Source: Candidatus Aminicenantes bacterium
GTDB lineage: Bacteria; Acidobacteriota; Aminicenantia; UBA2199
Assembly: GCA_963827565.1 (NCBI GenBank)
Contig: CAWHBG010000003.1
Coordinates: forward strand, 867,543 to 931,542
DNA length: 64,000 nucleotides
Reading direction: 5' to 3'
The notes beneath the pieces are model-generated. The model did not search any database, was not told where the DNA came from, and saw only the letters and a list, made by a program, of their open reading frames with translations. The translations under genes were made by a program, and so were the position numbers. Each line of letters starts with the position of its first letter. Positions within the stretch are counted from its first letter, which is position 1. Below are positions 8,569 through 19,062 of the stretch, piece by piece.

Positions 8569-10792
8569 ATGAACTATTTGAAAATATTTGCTTTTGTATC
8601 TATTTTCCTTTTTATTTCTTTATCAATACCGGCAGAAGATAAACTTTTAGGAGAAGGTGTCACTCTCAATCCTGAAAAAACAGAAATACCTCCGAAGATA
8701 GATGCGGTTCTTGATGATCCCGCCTGGCAAAAAGGACCGGTCATTTCCGGGTATTTTATTGCCAATCGACCGGAGTACGGTAAAAAATTATCTCAGAAAA
8801 CCGATGTGTGGCTTTCTTATGATGAGGATAATATTTATTTTGCATTTTATTGCTATGATACTGAGCCGGATAAAATAAAAACATCTGTCTCAAAAAGGGA
8901 TGGACTTTTTGGTGATGATTGGGTCGGAGTAGATCTTGATGCCATGGGGAACAGGCAGTCTGTCTATGAAATAATATGTAATGCAAATGGAATTCAGGCT
9001 GATCTCCTTAATACCGCCTCAGGTGGCGAGACACTTGATCCGGACTGGGTTTGGAACAGTGCCGGGAAGGTTGTAAAGGATGGTTATATAGTTGAAGTGC
9101 GGCTCCCGTTAAAAAGCTTCGGATTTAAAAGTGGAGAAAATGTTACAATGCACATGGCTTTTTACAGGTTCATAAGCAGAACCGGGGAGAACTCCTCATG
9201 GCCGCAGATCGATCAGAAGAAGGGCTATTTCAGGTCTCTCACACCGGTTAAATTTAAAAAACTGAATAAACAGCTGAGGCTTGAAATTCTCCCGTCGATC
9301 ACGTATGGACGAATTCAGGACAGAAAATCTCCGTCTTCATGGAATGGCCCGGGTAGTTCAACTCAATTCGGATTTGGAGTAAAGTATGGAATAACTTCTT
9401 CAATAAACCTGGAAATGACGGTTAACCCCGATTTCAGTCAGGTTGAGAGCGATCAGTTCCAGGTAGTGGCAAATCAGAGATATCCTCTCTTCTTTTCTGA
9501 GAAGAGGCCCTTCTTTATGGGTGTGGGAAACCAGTTCAACCTTGCAGGGTCTGAATGGAGAGGGGAATATGTGGACCGCTGTTCATACAAGAGAGATAGT
9601 TGAACCAACATGGGGAGGGAAACTGTCGGGATCAAAGGGGAAAAGTTCATTCGGAGTCCTATTTGCAAATGACGAGTGGCCAGGGAAGGAATATTCTGAT
9701 GAAGAAAATCCTCACCTTGGAGAGAAAGCAGGATTTTATCTGGGAAGATACAAATTAGGATTGAAAGGTGGAAGTTATGCCGGATTTTTATATTCAGGGA
9801 GAGAGCTTGGTGAGGGATTCAACAGGGTTGTTGCTGCAGACCTGAAACTAAGGGTGAAAGGGAAAAGTCAGATATCAATGAACGGGATATATACTTTTTC
9901 AAAAGACTCTGATGATCTCACTGAGAAAGACGGTGGCGCGTTTACAATGGTCTATGAATATAACGATAAACCACTGGGATTGTTCTTTATGCTGGAACAT
10001 TATGACAAAGATTTCAGACTGGATACCGGTTATTATCAGAGAACAGGAGTGTCGAGGTTTGTTGGATACATAGGGCCCCAATTTTACCCTAAAAATTCAA
10101 AATCGTCATGGGTTAAACAATTTAATCCTTTTGTTTACGGATTTATTATCAGGGATAATGTTACTAAGAAAAGTGATTATCTGTTCTTTCCATCTTTAAG
10201 ATTTTTCTTCTCCAGGCAGGCAAGTTTCAGGATAGATTACAGGTTCATAAATGAATTCTGGGCCGGCAGGGACTTTAAACAAAGCGAAGTATATTTGAGG
10301 GGAGAGTCACAATTTGCAAAATGGCTGAACGGTTCAGTTTATATGCGTTATGGTAAGAGGCTTTATTATGATGAAGAAGATCCTTTTACCGGAAGAAGAC
10401 TTCGTTTTACTATGGAAACAAAGATCCAGCCGAGTGAAAAGTTGTCCCAGGACCTGGGATATACTCATGAAAGTTTTGTCAGAAGTTCTGATGAAAAAAA
10501 GATCTATGATCTGGATATTTTTTTTTCAAGAACAACTTTTCAGGTCAATAAGTATCTGTTTTTCAGAGCCCTCATTCAATATGATAATTACAGCAAAATT
10601 GTCCTGACGGACCTTCTCGGATCATTTACACTTATTCCCGGAACAGTTATCCATTTCGGATACGGTTCCTTACATCAGAAACAGCATTGGAACATCATTG
10701 ATAATGAATGGGAATCTGACGGAGCAATTGGGAAGTATTACCAGCAGGCAAGGAGTCTTTTTTTCAAGGCAAGTTACAATTACAGGTTTTAG
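8569..10792 (+). pseudogene. CBM9-like/DUF5916 family exported protein, frame-disrupted (one frameshift near 9555-9570)
   Basis: ORFs 8569-9603 and 9521-10792 overlap in different frames and together form one colinear protein. It has a signal peptide, IDAVLDDPAWQ (CBM9-like start), ..EKRPFFMGVGNQF.. and then ..TAVHTREIVEPTWGGKLSG.., and it ends in an aromatic residue (..YNYRF) like an OM barrel. The shift maps near a G-run (gaggggaa). Confidence 0.65.
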
Positions 10793-10851
10793 AAATTTCT
10801 TTATTTGAGATTTTTTCTCTTTTTCATATATAATCATTACAGGAGAGTCTT

Positions 10852-11328
10852 ATGAAAAAAAGAAATCTAAGTCTTATATTGTTGTTGCTGATTGTTTTTA
10901 CAGCAATGCCCTCTGACGTTTCGGCCATAGGGCCGCTTGATATATATTTTCAGGGAGGGTTGGTTACTGACAAATCGATGAGTTTCAGTCCTCTCTTATG
11001 GTCCGCAGGGCTTAACCTGGATTTTAAATTTGGAAATATGATGATGCTCAGTCCTGAACTGAACATAGTTGTTAGTGAGTTTAATTTTGATTATATACTT
11101 CTTGAACCTGCTTTGACGATCAATTTCAGACTTGCAAATTTTTTTGTAGGTGCCGGTCTTACAAAATTTTTTGAATTAGGAGATGATTTCTGGTCAAATA
11201 AATTTTCTCTCAAGATCCATGGGGGACTAAAACTGATCGGAATTAAATTGCGTGCTTACATGATCATCCCATTTGATGAATTGTTCAAGCCTACAATTTA
11301 TGGAGGCACTATAGGTTTCGGATTCTGA
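10852..11328 (+). CDS. small exported beta-barrel-like protein (hypothetical)
   Basis: 158 aa with a signal peptide. Alternating hydrophobic pattern and a C-terminal ..GGTIGFGF. Confidence 0.4.
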   Translation: MKKRNLSLILLLLIVFTAMPSDVSAIGPLDIYFQGGLVTDKSMSFSPLLWSAGLNLDFKFGNMMMLSPELNIVVSEFNFDYILLEPALTINFRLANFFVGAGLTKFFELGDDFWSNKFSLKIHGGLKLIGIKLRAYMIIPFDELFKPTIYGGTIGFGF

Positions 11329-11898
11329 TCACCAGGCCGATCTTTCCAGTTTTACATTGAATTCTCCGGCCAGGGAGGAGTTCTGTGTTGATCCTTTTTT
11401 GCCTTTAAGCTCGAACTTTCCACAGACAAAGGATTCGGTGATCTTGGTTATCAAAGCTTTCCCCTCCCTTATACCCATTGAAACTATTACCCCTTTTTCC
11501 CCTTTATGGAGCTTCACTTCAGCAAAAACCCAGAAAGGTTTTCCGTATCCTGAAGATCCTGAATAGGTCCCTGCCACGATCTCTTTTTTTGCATTTCTGA
11601 ATTCAATGTCAAGAATGAACTGTTCCTTTTTTGTAATGGGCAGTACAAAATCGTTAACCAGTTTATTTACAGGCACACTTTCCATATTAGAAAGGCTGAC
11701 AGTAAGCTTTGTACCGTCTTTGCTCAATTGTGCTCCGCTTGACCTGATCGTTTTGTGATCTAATGGCGATACAGCTTTAAAGGAATCCATATTGGTTGTC
11801 ATTTTGCTGATAACGTTTTTTCCCGGGCATGTTTCAAATGACATCAGAAAGCTCAAAATTGTAGAGATAATAAATATTAATACGATAGTTTTTCTCAT
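11329..11898 (-). CDS. hypothetical exported protein
   Basis: 189 aa with an N-terminal signal/anchor. No recognisable motif. Convergent and abutting with 10852-11328. Confidence 0.4.
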   Translation of the reverse strand: MRKTIVLIFIISTILSFLMSFETCPGKNVISKMTTNMDSFKAVSPLDHKTIRSSGAQLSKDGTKLTVSLSNMESVPVNKLVNDFVLPITKKEQFILDIEFRNAKKEIVAGTYSGSSGYGKPFWVFAEVKLHKGEKGVIVSMGIREGKALITKITESFVCGKFELKGKKGSTQNSSLAGEFNVKLERSAW

Positions 11899-11991
11899 TT
11901 CCTCTCCTGCTGGATTATGCTATCAGTATTCAGAAATAATTTAAAGTTTAAAAAATAATTTTTAAATCGTAAAATTCTCCCGGAGGTTAAA

Positions 11992-12447
11992 ATGAAGAAA
12001 GTGCAAATTTTGATCATACTAAGCTTGTTACTGATGTTCTCTTTCGCTCTTACCGCCGGAGATGAAAAAACCACACTGAAGTTTTATCCGGAAGGAGACA
12101 ATAACGGGCGGCCATTCAGCGAAGCTGTTAAGGTTGGGAATATGCTGGTTTTATCCGGAAATATTGGGATAGATCCCTCAACAGGGAAACTGGCTCCTGG
12201 CGGGATCAAAGGGGAGTCAAAACAGGTGATGGAGAATATAAAGCGGACACTGGAAAAATACGGATCATCTCTTGATCATGTTTTTAAATGTACCGTCATG
12301 CTGGCCGATATCAAAGAGTGGGCTGATTTCAACAAAGTATATGTAACATATTTCCCGAACAAAAAACCGGCAAGGAGTGCTTTCGGTTCATCCGGCCTTG
12401 CAATGAACTGCAGAGTGGAAGTTGAATGCTGGGCGGTTTTAAAATAG
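11992..12447 (+). CDS. ridA: RidA/YjgF/L-PSP family protein with signal peptide
   Basis: 151 aa. PFSEAVKVGNMLVLSGNIGIDPSTGKL..., ...ARSAFGSSGLAMNCRVEVECWAV, typical RidA family ends. GGAGG RBS. Confidence 0.8.
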   Translation: MKKVQILIILSLLLMFSFALTAGDEKTTLKFYPEGDNNGRPFSEAVKVGNMLVLSGNIGIDPSTGKLAPGGIKGESKQVMENIKRTLEKYGSSLDHVFKCTVMLADIKEWADFNKVYVTYFPNKKPARSAFGSSGLAMNCRVEVECWAVLK

Positions 12448-12554
12448 TGGCAGGAAAGTTGGGGGAAAAATAATTTTTTTGACCTAACCATTTACAAAAT
12501 TTTGCAATTTTCAGATAATATTTAATTCAGATTTATAAATTTAGGGAGGAAAAA

Positions 12555-13124
12555 ATGAAAAAATTAGTTGCAATGATGGTTGCGGTTGTGCTAGTTCTGT
12601 CGCTCGGCACAGGCTTAAAAGCGGAAGATAAAGAACTTAACCTTCTCGCAAATCTCGGTTTTGCATTTTCAGATGTGGAGGGGTTGTTTCTTGACCTTGG
12701 CGTGGAAAAACAATTCAAACAGAATCTTTTTGCTCTTCTTTATCTGGATTATTACTTTAATCCGACTGGGTTGAACGAAAGTGGTAGTCTTTACGGTGTT
12801 GGATATGATGTAAGTTTAACATTGATGGGGATTAACCTTGCAGCTGCTTATAAGAGGGAATTAAATGAGAAGATAAAATGGTTTGTCCGTGCCGGAGTAT
12901 TACTTGCTCTTTCAAGGTTGAAGGTGACTGGATCGTATATGGGAGTTTCGTTATCTGACTCTACATCTGCAACCGATTTTGGTCTGAGTGCAGGTGGTGG
13001 TATTGAATATATACTACAAAAAAAACTTGCTCTAGTCGCTGGCGTGGCTATAAGTATGATATTTAGCGATGGAACCGGAACCTGGTTTAAAATATTTGCC
13101 GGAATTAACTATAAACTAAAATAG
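12555..13124 (+). CDS. outer-membrane beta-barrel protein (OmpW/porin-family-like)
   Basis: 189 aa with a signal peptide. Alternating beta-strand pattern ending ..FAGINYKLK. AGGGAGG RBS. Confidence 0.5.
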   Translation: MKKLVAMMVAVVLVLSLGTGLKAEDKELNLLANLGFAFSDVEGLFLDLGVEKQFKQNLFALLYLDYYFNPTGLNESGSLYGVGYDVSLTLMGINLAAAYKRELNEKIKWFVRAGVLLALSRLKVTGSYMGVSLSDSTSATDFGLSAGGGIEYILQKKLALVAGVAISMIFSDGTGTWFKIFAGINYKLK

Positions 13125-13136
13125 TAGAATATATAC

Positions 13137-13162
13137 GGGGGCTTTAAGCCCCCATTGTTCTT
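13137..13162 (+). terminator. putative rho-independent terminator
   Basis: GGGGGC-tttaa-GCCCCC hairpin 13 nt after the 12555-13124 stop, followed by a T-rich stretch (attgttctt; weak U-tract). Confidence 0.45.
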
Positions 13163-13224
13163 AAAATCAAACGATCTTAATTCCTGTCCAGGAAAATATT
13201 CTTAACTTCATATATAATTTTCAG

Positions 13225-13821
13225 ATGATCAATATCGTATATATCCATGGGTTTATGTCCGCCGGGAGAGGTGGAAAATATGAAGCATTGAAGCGGCGCT
13301 ACCGGAAGGGATTCAATATTTTATCCCCTTCATTCAGTGATTCAATAGTTAGCGCAAAAAAGGAATTGAATGTTTTCATGGAAAAAGAAGAGATGAATAG
13401 CGAAGGTATAGTTTGTCTCATCGGGACATCTCTTGGCGGTTTCTATGCCCGCTATCTTGCATCAATTTATAAGCTCAGGGCGATTCTGATAAATCCGGTT
13501 CTGAATCCATCTGCACATATGAAAAAATATATTGGTACGAAACTTACTAATTTTAAGACAGAAAAAGAGTTTGTTTTTACCCAGCATGATGTCAATGCCC
13601 TTGAATCAATGGAAAGAGAGATTCGGGATAATATAGATGAAGATTCCGTATATCTCCCTGTCATTGCTAACGATGATGATGTCATTGATAAAAACATAGT
13701 CGAGAAAGAATTTAATAACATTATCTATATTGATGATGACCACCAGTTCAACTCTGCCTTCGAGCCGTTTATAAGAAGGGAAGATGTAAGGGGTTTTATA
13801 ACAGATACTTATGGGTTGTAA
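13225..13821 (+). CDS. YqiA-like alpha/beta hydrolase (UPF0227 esterase family)
   Basis: 198 aa. Contains IVYIHGFMSAG and the nucleophile elbow GTSLGGFYA. Confidence 0.65.
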   Translation: MINIVYIHGFMSAGRGGKYEALKRRYRKGFNILSPSFSDSIVSAKKELNVFMEKEEMNSEGIVCLIGTSLGGFYARYLASIYKLRAILINPVLNPSAHMKKYIGTKLTNFKTEKEFVFTQHDVNALESMEREIRDNIDEDSVYLPVIANDDDVIDKNIVEKEFNNIIYIDDDHQFNSAFEPFIRREDVRGFITDTYGL

Positions 13822-13824
13822 AAA

Positions 13825-13894
13825 TTGAGATCAAGGCAGGGGTAATCTGGAGGATTGTGTGCGGGCCGACACACGAACCCTGCCCCGATCTCAA
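13825..13894 (-). terminator. GC-rich nested hairpin, probable terminator of the VWA gene
   Basis: ttgagatc/gatctcaa and ggcaggg/ccctgcc form a 15-bp interrupted outer stem. Inside is a gtgtg-cgggccga-cacac hairpin. On the minus strand it is followed by TTTTT (complement of 13820-13824). It lies 50 nt after the stop of 13945-15669. Confidence 0.45.
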
Positions 13895-13944
13895 AAGCCA
13901 CATTGAAAACAAGAAACCATAATAAACCTAAAGGAGGTTCATAT

Positions 13945-15669
13945 TTATTTAATTTTTGCTTCTATTGTCCTGCTTGTCTCATCTCCGGTGATCATATCCT
14001 TTGCAATGATCAGTATGTTGTAATTGCCCGGATTGACTCTTTTTATCGGGATTTTTAATTTTGTATTCTGCTTAATTACTGAAATTTCTTTCATATCGCT
14101 TTTTATTTCCTGACCAGAAGTATCTATTATCTTGATTGTGATTCGGAGCAGGCCAACTTCCTTTTCATTTACCTTTTTGAGTCTGAATTTGTTTAGTTCA
14201 AATTCAAGAACTCCATTGCTGAAAGAGGAGGATCTTATATTAATACTATTTTTCTCGATTCCCTTTATTATTGCCAGTCCCATATTGTAATTTATCAACG
14301 CAAAATGGGACGTGAAGCCATCTTTGTTCGAGATCTCTGTCTTCAGAACGTTACTGGAAATTTTTATCCTGGATTTTTTAAGGATAGGTTTGTTGCCGGT
14401 TGTTTTGGGCATGTGAATTTTGTAAAGGTCAAGATCTGTATTACGAAAGTGCTCAGGTATTGAAATGTGGTAAATTGTCTTTAATTTTTTTCTTTCCAGT
14501 TTTAATAATTTTGCCTCTTCTATCTCTACAGGCAATTTGAAAATAGTATTCTTTGATATCATATTTAGAACAGCCATATTTTTTTCAAAATTATCCAGTG
14601 CCAGGTATTCTTTTGACTTTTCCAGGTTCCGTATTGTGTGGATATTGATATTCTTTCTCTTTGACCTGACATCGATCCTCAGCATCTGTTCCTTTATGTC
14701 TTCGGGATTTTGAAAAGTCAGTTCATAATATCCGTTGTGAACCTTTTCGATCTTATCGGTGATTGATTTTGTATCCCCGGTAAGGTATTTCCCTCCGCTC
14801 AATGTGGATAGAATCCGAAGAAATTCTTCCCCTGACTCAGGGTCACTCCCTCGTCCACCTGCAGGATTTATAAAAAATAGAACTGCTCCGCTTCTAAGTA
14901 GATTTCCTGCCATTTTTCCTGCATGGGTATCCCCTCTCCGATATGATGCAGGAGATATCCCTTCGGAAAAAAGATAAATGAACTTTGTACCCAATATATT
15001 TTTTGTTGCGTAATAGAGATCTCTAAAAGAAGAGGAAAAATGACGACTTTTGTTGGACAACCATTTCATCTGCTCAAGATGAAAAAACACTCTTTCCTCT
15101 TCCTCATATTTTGCTTTTTCTCCTTCACTATCATCTATGCCTGAAGAGGCACTCCTCTCGTTTGCTATGGGCACCACCCGTTTTTTAATGATCTTTCGGA
15201 TTCGCTGTTTATCTCTGGTAGGCCCTCCAAGGTATGAGAGGCCGTGAAACCCATTTATCTTAAAAAGAATAAATTTTGTGTCGTCCCCGCTTTTTTCAAC
15301 CAATTGATCTGCAACCGCCTTGGATTTCATTATTGATTGAGATCTGGTGAGGGCGGTGTCAAATACCAGGATAATGATCTTCTCTTCTTTACTACTTTTA
15401 AACCATCTTGGTTTTTCTATATTCTCATTAAGGAATTTTCTTTTAATAAAATTAAATTTGTTTATCTTTTTATCATTAACATATAATTCGATTTCATTTT
15501 GATCCAGGTCTGTGACCGAGTTCCCCCGTGCATCAACAGCATAGATAGGAACCATCCACTCTTCTACTACAATATTCTCAACAATATTTTTTTCAGGATT
15601 GACTGATAGTGGTGACATGATGAGTAAAAAAACAGCAAATAGAATTAAAATACAGTATCTTTTTTTCAT
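13945..15669 (-). CDS. VWA domain-containing exported protein (TIGR03436-like architecture)
   Basis: Signal peptide, then ..VPIYAVDARGNSVTDLDQNEIELYVNDKKINKFNFI.. and IIILVFDTALTRSQSI (MIDAS-like DxS/T). The ATG at 15669 has GGAGG 8 nt upstream and is preferred over the TTG at 15684 used in the ORF track. Confidence 0.65.
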   Translation of the reverse strand: MKKRYCILILFAVFLLIMSPLSVNPEKNIVENIVVEEWMVPIYAVDARGNSVTDLDQNEIELYVNDKKINKFNFIKRKFLNENIEKPRWFKSSKEEKIIILVFDTALTRSQSIMKSKAVADQLVEKSGDDTKFILFKINGFHGLSYLGGPTRDKQRIRKIIKKRVVPIANERSASSGIDDSEGEKAKYEEEERVFFHLEQMKWLSNKSRHFSSSFRDLYYATKNILGTKFIYLFSEGISPASYRRGDTHAGKMAGNLLRSGAVLFFINPAGGRGSDPESGEEFLRILSTLSGGKYLTGDTKSITDKIEKVHNGYYELTFQNPEDIKEQMLRIDVRSKRKNINIHTIRNLEKSKEYLALDNFEKNMAVLNMISKNTIFKLPVEIEEAKLLKLERKKLKTIYHISIPEHFRNTDLDLYKIHMPKTTGNKPILKKSRIKISSNVLKTEISNKDGFTSHFALINYNMGLAIIKGIEKNSINIRSSSFSNGVLEFELNKFRLKKVNEKEVGLLRITIKIIDTSGQEIKSDMKEISVIKQNTKLKIPIKRVNPGNYNILIIAKDMITGDETSRTIEAKIK

Positions 15670-15761
15670 TAAGATTGCCTCCAATATTTACTAATACGAA
15701 AAGTTGAAAAATATCCGGAATTTAGAATACGCATCACTTCATTGATGGAATTCAATTCAGG

Positions 15762-15781
15762 AAAAGGGGACAGGTACCTTT
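15762..15781 (+). repeat. REP-like element copy (singleton)
   Basis: aaaaggggacaggtaccttt, a perfect consensus copy, intergenic. Confidence 0.85.
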
Positions 15782-15822
15782 AAATGTATCCAGATGTTGG
15801 AGTCGCCTGTTATATCTTTTTT

Positions 15823-16284
15823 TTAGTTTTCTATAAATTTTTCAGTCCAGGCGATTATGGAAGGGGGGATAACTGCGACCAGAAAGTTAAAAAACAGGCA
15901 AAGTATAAGCCCCAGTGCATAATGTCCACGGTGAGTGAGTACCAGCCAATTGTATCTAACCGACAAGACAGTCCCAAATAGTAGTAGAGGGGCAATCACA
16001 CCAAATATATTGTATGAGAGCCTGACAGAATCGAGGACCACCCCTTTCTCTCTCTCATCCAGTTTATTAGATTTTGTCCTGTACAACTTCCATATACCCG
16101 GCTTTACAATGGAGAAATAGAAAGTACTACAAGCAATCAAAAGAAATATAAGAGTCACAATTACCAATAATCCGTTCCAGTATAAATATTCACCGATTAA
16201 GAATAGAGTAAAAAACACTATTGTGGCAATGTACATACTCAAAACGCCTACTCTCCTCGATCTAATTGAAAATTGTTCACCCAT
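15823..16284 (-). CDS. hypothetical membrane protein co-transcribed with an XRE regulator
   Basis: 153 aa with 4 TM helices. AAAGGAGG RBS. Start overlaps the HTH gene stop by 8 nt. Confidence 0.5.
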   Translation of the reverse strand: MGEQFSIRSRRVGVLSMYIATIVFFTLFLIGEYLYWNGLLVIVTLIFLLIACSTFYFSIVKPGIWKLYRTKSNKLDEREKGVVLDSVRLSYNIFGVIAPLLLFGTVLSVRYNWLVLTHRGHYALGLILCLFFNFLVAVIPPSIIAWTEKFIEN

Positions 16285-16537
16285 TTTTACCTCCTTTCAG
16301 GTCCATCAATTCTTTGCTCATCGGTCTTAAGGGTTTTGAAGAAAAAACAAAATCAATAGGGAGATTAAAAAATTCTGAAACTCTGAATGCCAGATCAAGG
16401 CTGGGGTTGTATTCCTCTCTCTCAAGGTATCCCACTGTCTGGAAGTTCACCCCAATGTTTTCAGCCAGTTCTTTCCTGGATATTCCCTTCTCTTTCCTTA
16501 AGGCACTGATCCTGTTATATATTTTTCTTTGATCCAT
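16277..16537 (-). CDS. XRE-family helix-turn-helix transcriptional regulator
   Basis: MDQRKIYNRISALRKEKGISRKELAENIGVNFQTVGYLEREEYNPSLDLAFRVSEFF is a classic short HTH_XRE. I start at the internal ATG (16537) rather than 16576. Confidence 0.8.
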   Translation of the reverse strand: MDQRKIYNRISALRKEKGISRKELAENIGVNFQTVGYLEREEYNPSLDLAFRVSEFFNLPIDFVFSSKPLRPMSKELMDLKGGKNG

Positions 16538-16622
16538 GTATGTATTATAGTATAAAACGTTGTAAAAATACAACAAAAAATATAAAAAAAATAATAATAT
16601 ATTCTTTTTTACATCTTATCAT

Positions 16623-16675
16623 AAAAGGGGACAGGTACTTTTGAGTTTATATCGGAATGATGCCTGTCCCCTTTT
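16623..16675. repeat. inverted REP doublet
   Basis: 16623-16642 aaaaggggacaggtactttt and 16656-16675 aatgatgcctgtcccctttt, 13-nt spacer. Sits between the ABC operon end and the HTH gene start. Confidence 0.85.
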
Positions 16676-16759
16676 AATGAAAGAGAATATTCAAAAAGGA
16701 AAGAAGTATTCCTGGTTGTGAAAGCCTCTAATCTGATGATCGGAACAGATTTATAAATA

Positions 16760-18079
16760 CTATTTATATTTAACCCACTTTATTATCTCTTTTACCGACG
16801 GTTTTTTACCGTACATCAGTATTCCGACCCGGAATATCTTTGCTCCCAGCCATGCAAGAAGAATAGTAAATCCGACGCTGAGAGCTATAGAAAGGAGAAT
16901 CTGTGAGAAAGCGGGGGTCGCGACACTTATTCTCATGAACATCAATGTTGGTGTAAACAGTGGAAAGAGAGATGTTCCCACCACAAGAGGTGTATTGGGA
17001 TTCTGAGTAACCATTATCCCTATCATGAAAGGAATAATTAGAAGATAAGTTATGGGAGCGGCATATTGCTGAGCTTCCTGGTCAGTATTAACAGATGCAC
17101 CCACAATTGAGAATAAAATTGAATACATAAAATAACCGATAATGAAGAAGATAACAAAATATGCACCAAGTTCAGGTGTCAGGAAGTTAAGAATTGATTT
17201 GTCAATTCCAAGGGAGAACTTCCCCATTAAAAGCCATCCCATAACCATCCATATGCCCACTTGAGTTAAACCTGCCAGCCCAATGCCGATAATTTTCCCG
17301 TAAAAAAGGCTTTGGGTATTGGTCGAAGATATCAGAACTTCAACGATCCGGTTGTTCTTTTCTTCAATAACCCCTCTCATGATCAATTGGCCATACCCCA
17401 TCAGGACAGAAAATAAAATGGTAAGCATGAAGATGGACATCATGTATGCTGTTGTTGAAGAGGATTTTGTGGCTCCCTCTTCTTTGATTATAAAAAGATC
17501 CGGTTTGATCTCTGCTGTTGCCTTCTGAACGATCTCAACAATACTCGGATCCTTGATCTTTTCTTTAAGAATCTTCGAAGAGAGAATGTTTTTGATTGAA
17601 CTGTTTAGAAATTTGTTCATCTCAAAATCCGAAATATTCTGAGCGCAGAAATACATTCTTCTTGTCTCAATTATGTTTGAAGGGATCAGAAGTAAACCGC
17701 TGATCTTTTTCTCAAGGATCTCCCTCTTGTAAGTGTCGGCGAGCACAAAATCTTTATTACTTTTATCTATTATACTTTTTTCATAATTTTCTATTAATAA
17801 ACTCTGTTCTTCCAGTAGTTTTGTATCGGCAATAAACTTCAGTTTCAGTTTTTCTTTAATATATTTATTGTCCTTACTGATCTCAAGAAAATCGTCTTTA
17901 ATAATAGTTGAATAGTCTGCAATTTTTATTACTTTCTCTTCCCTGCCCACCTTTGTCAGGAGCATCGGCACAAATATGAATGCAGCCATTATTGCCGGTG
18001 TCAGAATGGTTGCAATGATGAACGATTTCTTTTTTACTATCTGCTTATATTCTCTGATAATTATTGCTACGATTTTCAT
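16760..18079 (-). CDS. natB: ABC-2 type transporter permease (NatB-like)
   Basis: N-terminal TM, a large extracytoplasmic loop, then 5 C-terminal TMs: the typical ABC-2/NatB layout. The ATG at 18079 lies just after the ATPase stop (18081). Confidence 0.7.
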   Translation of the reverse strand: MKIVAIIIREYKQIVKKKSFIIATILTPAIMAAFIFVPMLLTKVGREEKVIKIADYSTIIKDDFLEISKDNKYIKEKLKLKFIADTKLLEEQSLLIENYEKSIIDKSNKDFVLADTYKREILEKKISGLLLIPSNIIETRRMYFCAQNISDFEMNKFLNSSIKNILSSKILKEKIKDPSIVEIVQKATAEIKPDLFIIKEEGATKSSSTTAYMMSIFMLTILFSVLMGYGQLIMRGVIEEKNNRIVEVLISSTNTQSLFYGKIIGIGLAGLTQVGIWMVMGWLLMGKFSLGIDKSILNFLTPELGAYFVIFFIIGYFMYSILFSIVGASVNTDQEAQQYAAPITYLLIIPFMIGIMVTQNPNTPLVVGTSLFPLFTPTLMFMRISVATPAFSQILLSIALSVGFTILLAWLGAKIFRVGILMYGKKPSVKEIIKWVKYK

Positions 18080-18080
18080 T

Positions 18081-19001
18081 TTATTCCCCTGCTCCATCAG
18101 AATCACCGGAGGCATTTCTGATAAAAATATTGTTTAGTGAAGGCTCTGTGAGAGTGAAACTGTTCACTGATATTTTAGAGACCAGGTCTTTGAGAAGTTT
18201 TTCCTTATCTTTAATATCCTTCAACTCTATCTCCATCTCTTTGCCGTAATCCTTAAATTCTTTAACGTATTTTAATGTGGACACGAACTTCCCATCTCCT
18301 TCATATCCAATCTTTATAAATTTCTTTCCGTATTCAGATTTGACATCGTTGAGATTTCCGTCCAGGACTTTTTTCCCTTTGCTTACCATCACAATTGAGT
18401 CGACTATTTTTTCCGCATAATCCATCAGGTGTGTAGAAAAAATGATCGTGATCCCCTCTCTTTTCATTTCCAGAATCAAATCGGTTACCAACTCAATATT
18501 GATAGGATCAAGCCCGGAAAAGGGTTCGTCGAGTATAAGGAGGTCGGGGGAGTGGATGATGGTAGTAATAATCTGAAGCTTCTGGGCCATTCCCTTTGAT
18601 AATTCTTCAATTTTTTTATCATAGTAATCAAAAAGGTCAAATTTTTTCAGAAGTGCTTCACCCCTCTCTTTAATAGATGAGGAATTCATCCCTTTTAATT
18701 TCCCGAAGAATTGGAGGGTTTCGGATACTTTCATCTTTCTATATAATCCTCTCTCTTCCGGAAGATATCCGATACGGTCCTTCAATTTCTCATTGAATTT
18801 CTCTCCAAGTATTTTGATGTCACCACTGTCCGGAGCGATTATGTTCATGATCATTCTGATCGTGGTTGTTTTTCCCGCGCCATTCGGACCGAGCATCCCG
18901 AGAATTTCACCTTTATTAAGGGTGATAGAGATATTGTCTACTGCTCTCTTCCCGCTAAAATCTTTTATTAATCCGGTTAATTCCAGCATAGTATTGTCCA
19001 T
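18081..19001 (-). CDS. natA: ABC transporter ATP-binding protein (NatA-like)
   Basis: Walker A GPNGAGKTTT, signature LSKGMAQKL, Walker B LLILDEPFSGLD. Confidence 0.9.
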   Translation of the reverse strand: MDNTMLELTGLIKDFSGKRAVDNISITLNKGEILGMLGPNGAGKTTTIRMIMNIIAPDSGDIKILGEKFNEKLKDRIGYLPEERGLYRKMKVSETLQFFGKLKGMNSSSIKERGEALLKKFDLFDYYDKKIEELSKGMAQKLQIITTIIHSPDLLILDEPFSGLDPINIELVTDLILEMKREGITIIFSTHLMDYAEKIVDSIVMVSKGKKVLDGNLNDVKSEYGKKFIKIGYEGDGKFVSTLKYVKEFKDYGKEMEIELKDIKDKEKLLKDLVSKISVNSFTLTEPSLNNIFIRNASGDSDGAGE

Positions 19002-19062
19002 AGTCCCTCCGAAAATGGTATGTAAAAGATACCCTATTTTATCACAAAGGTTACATATATAT

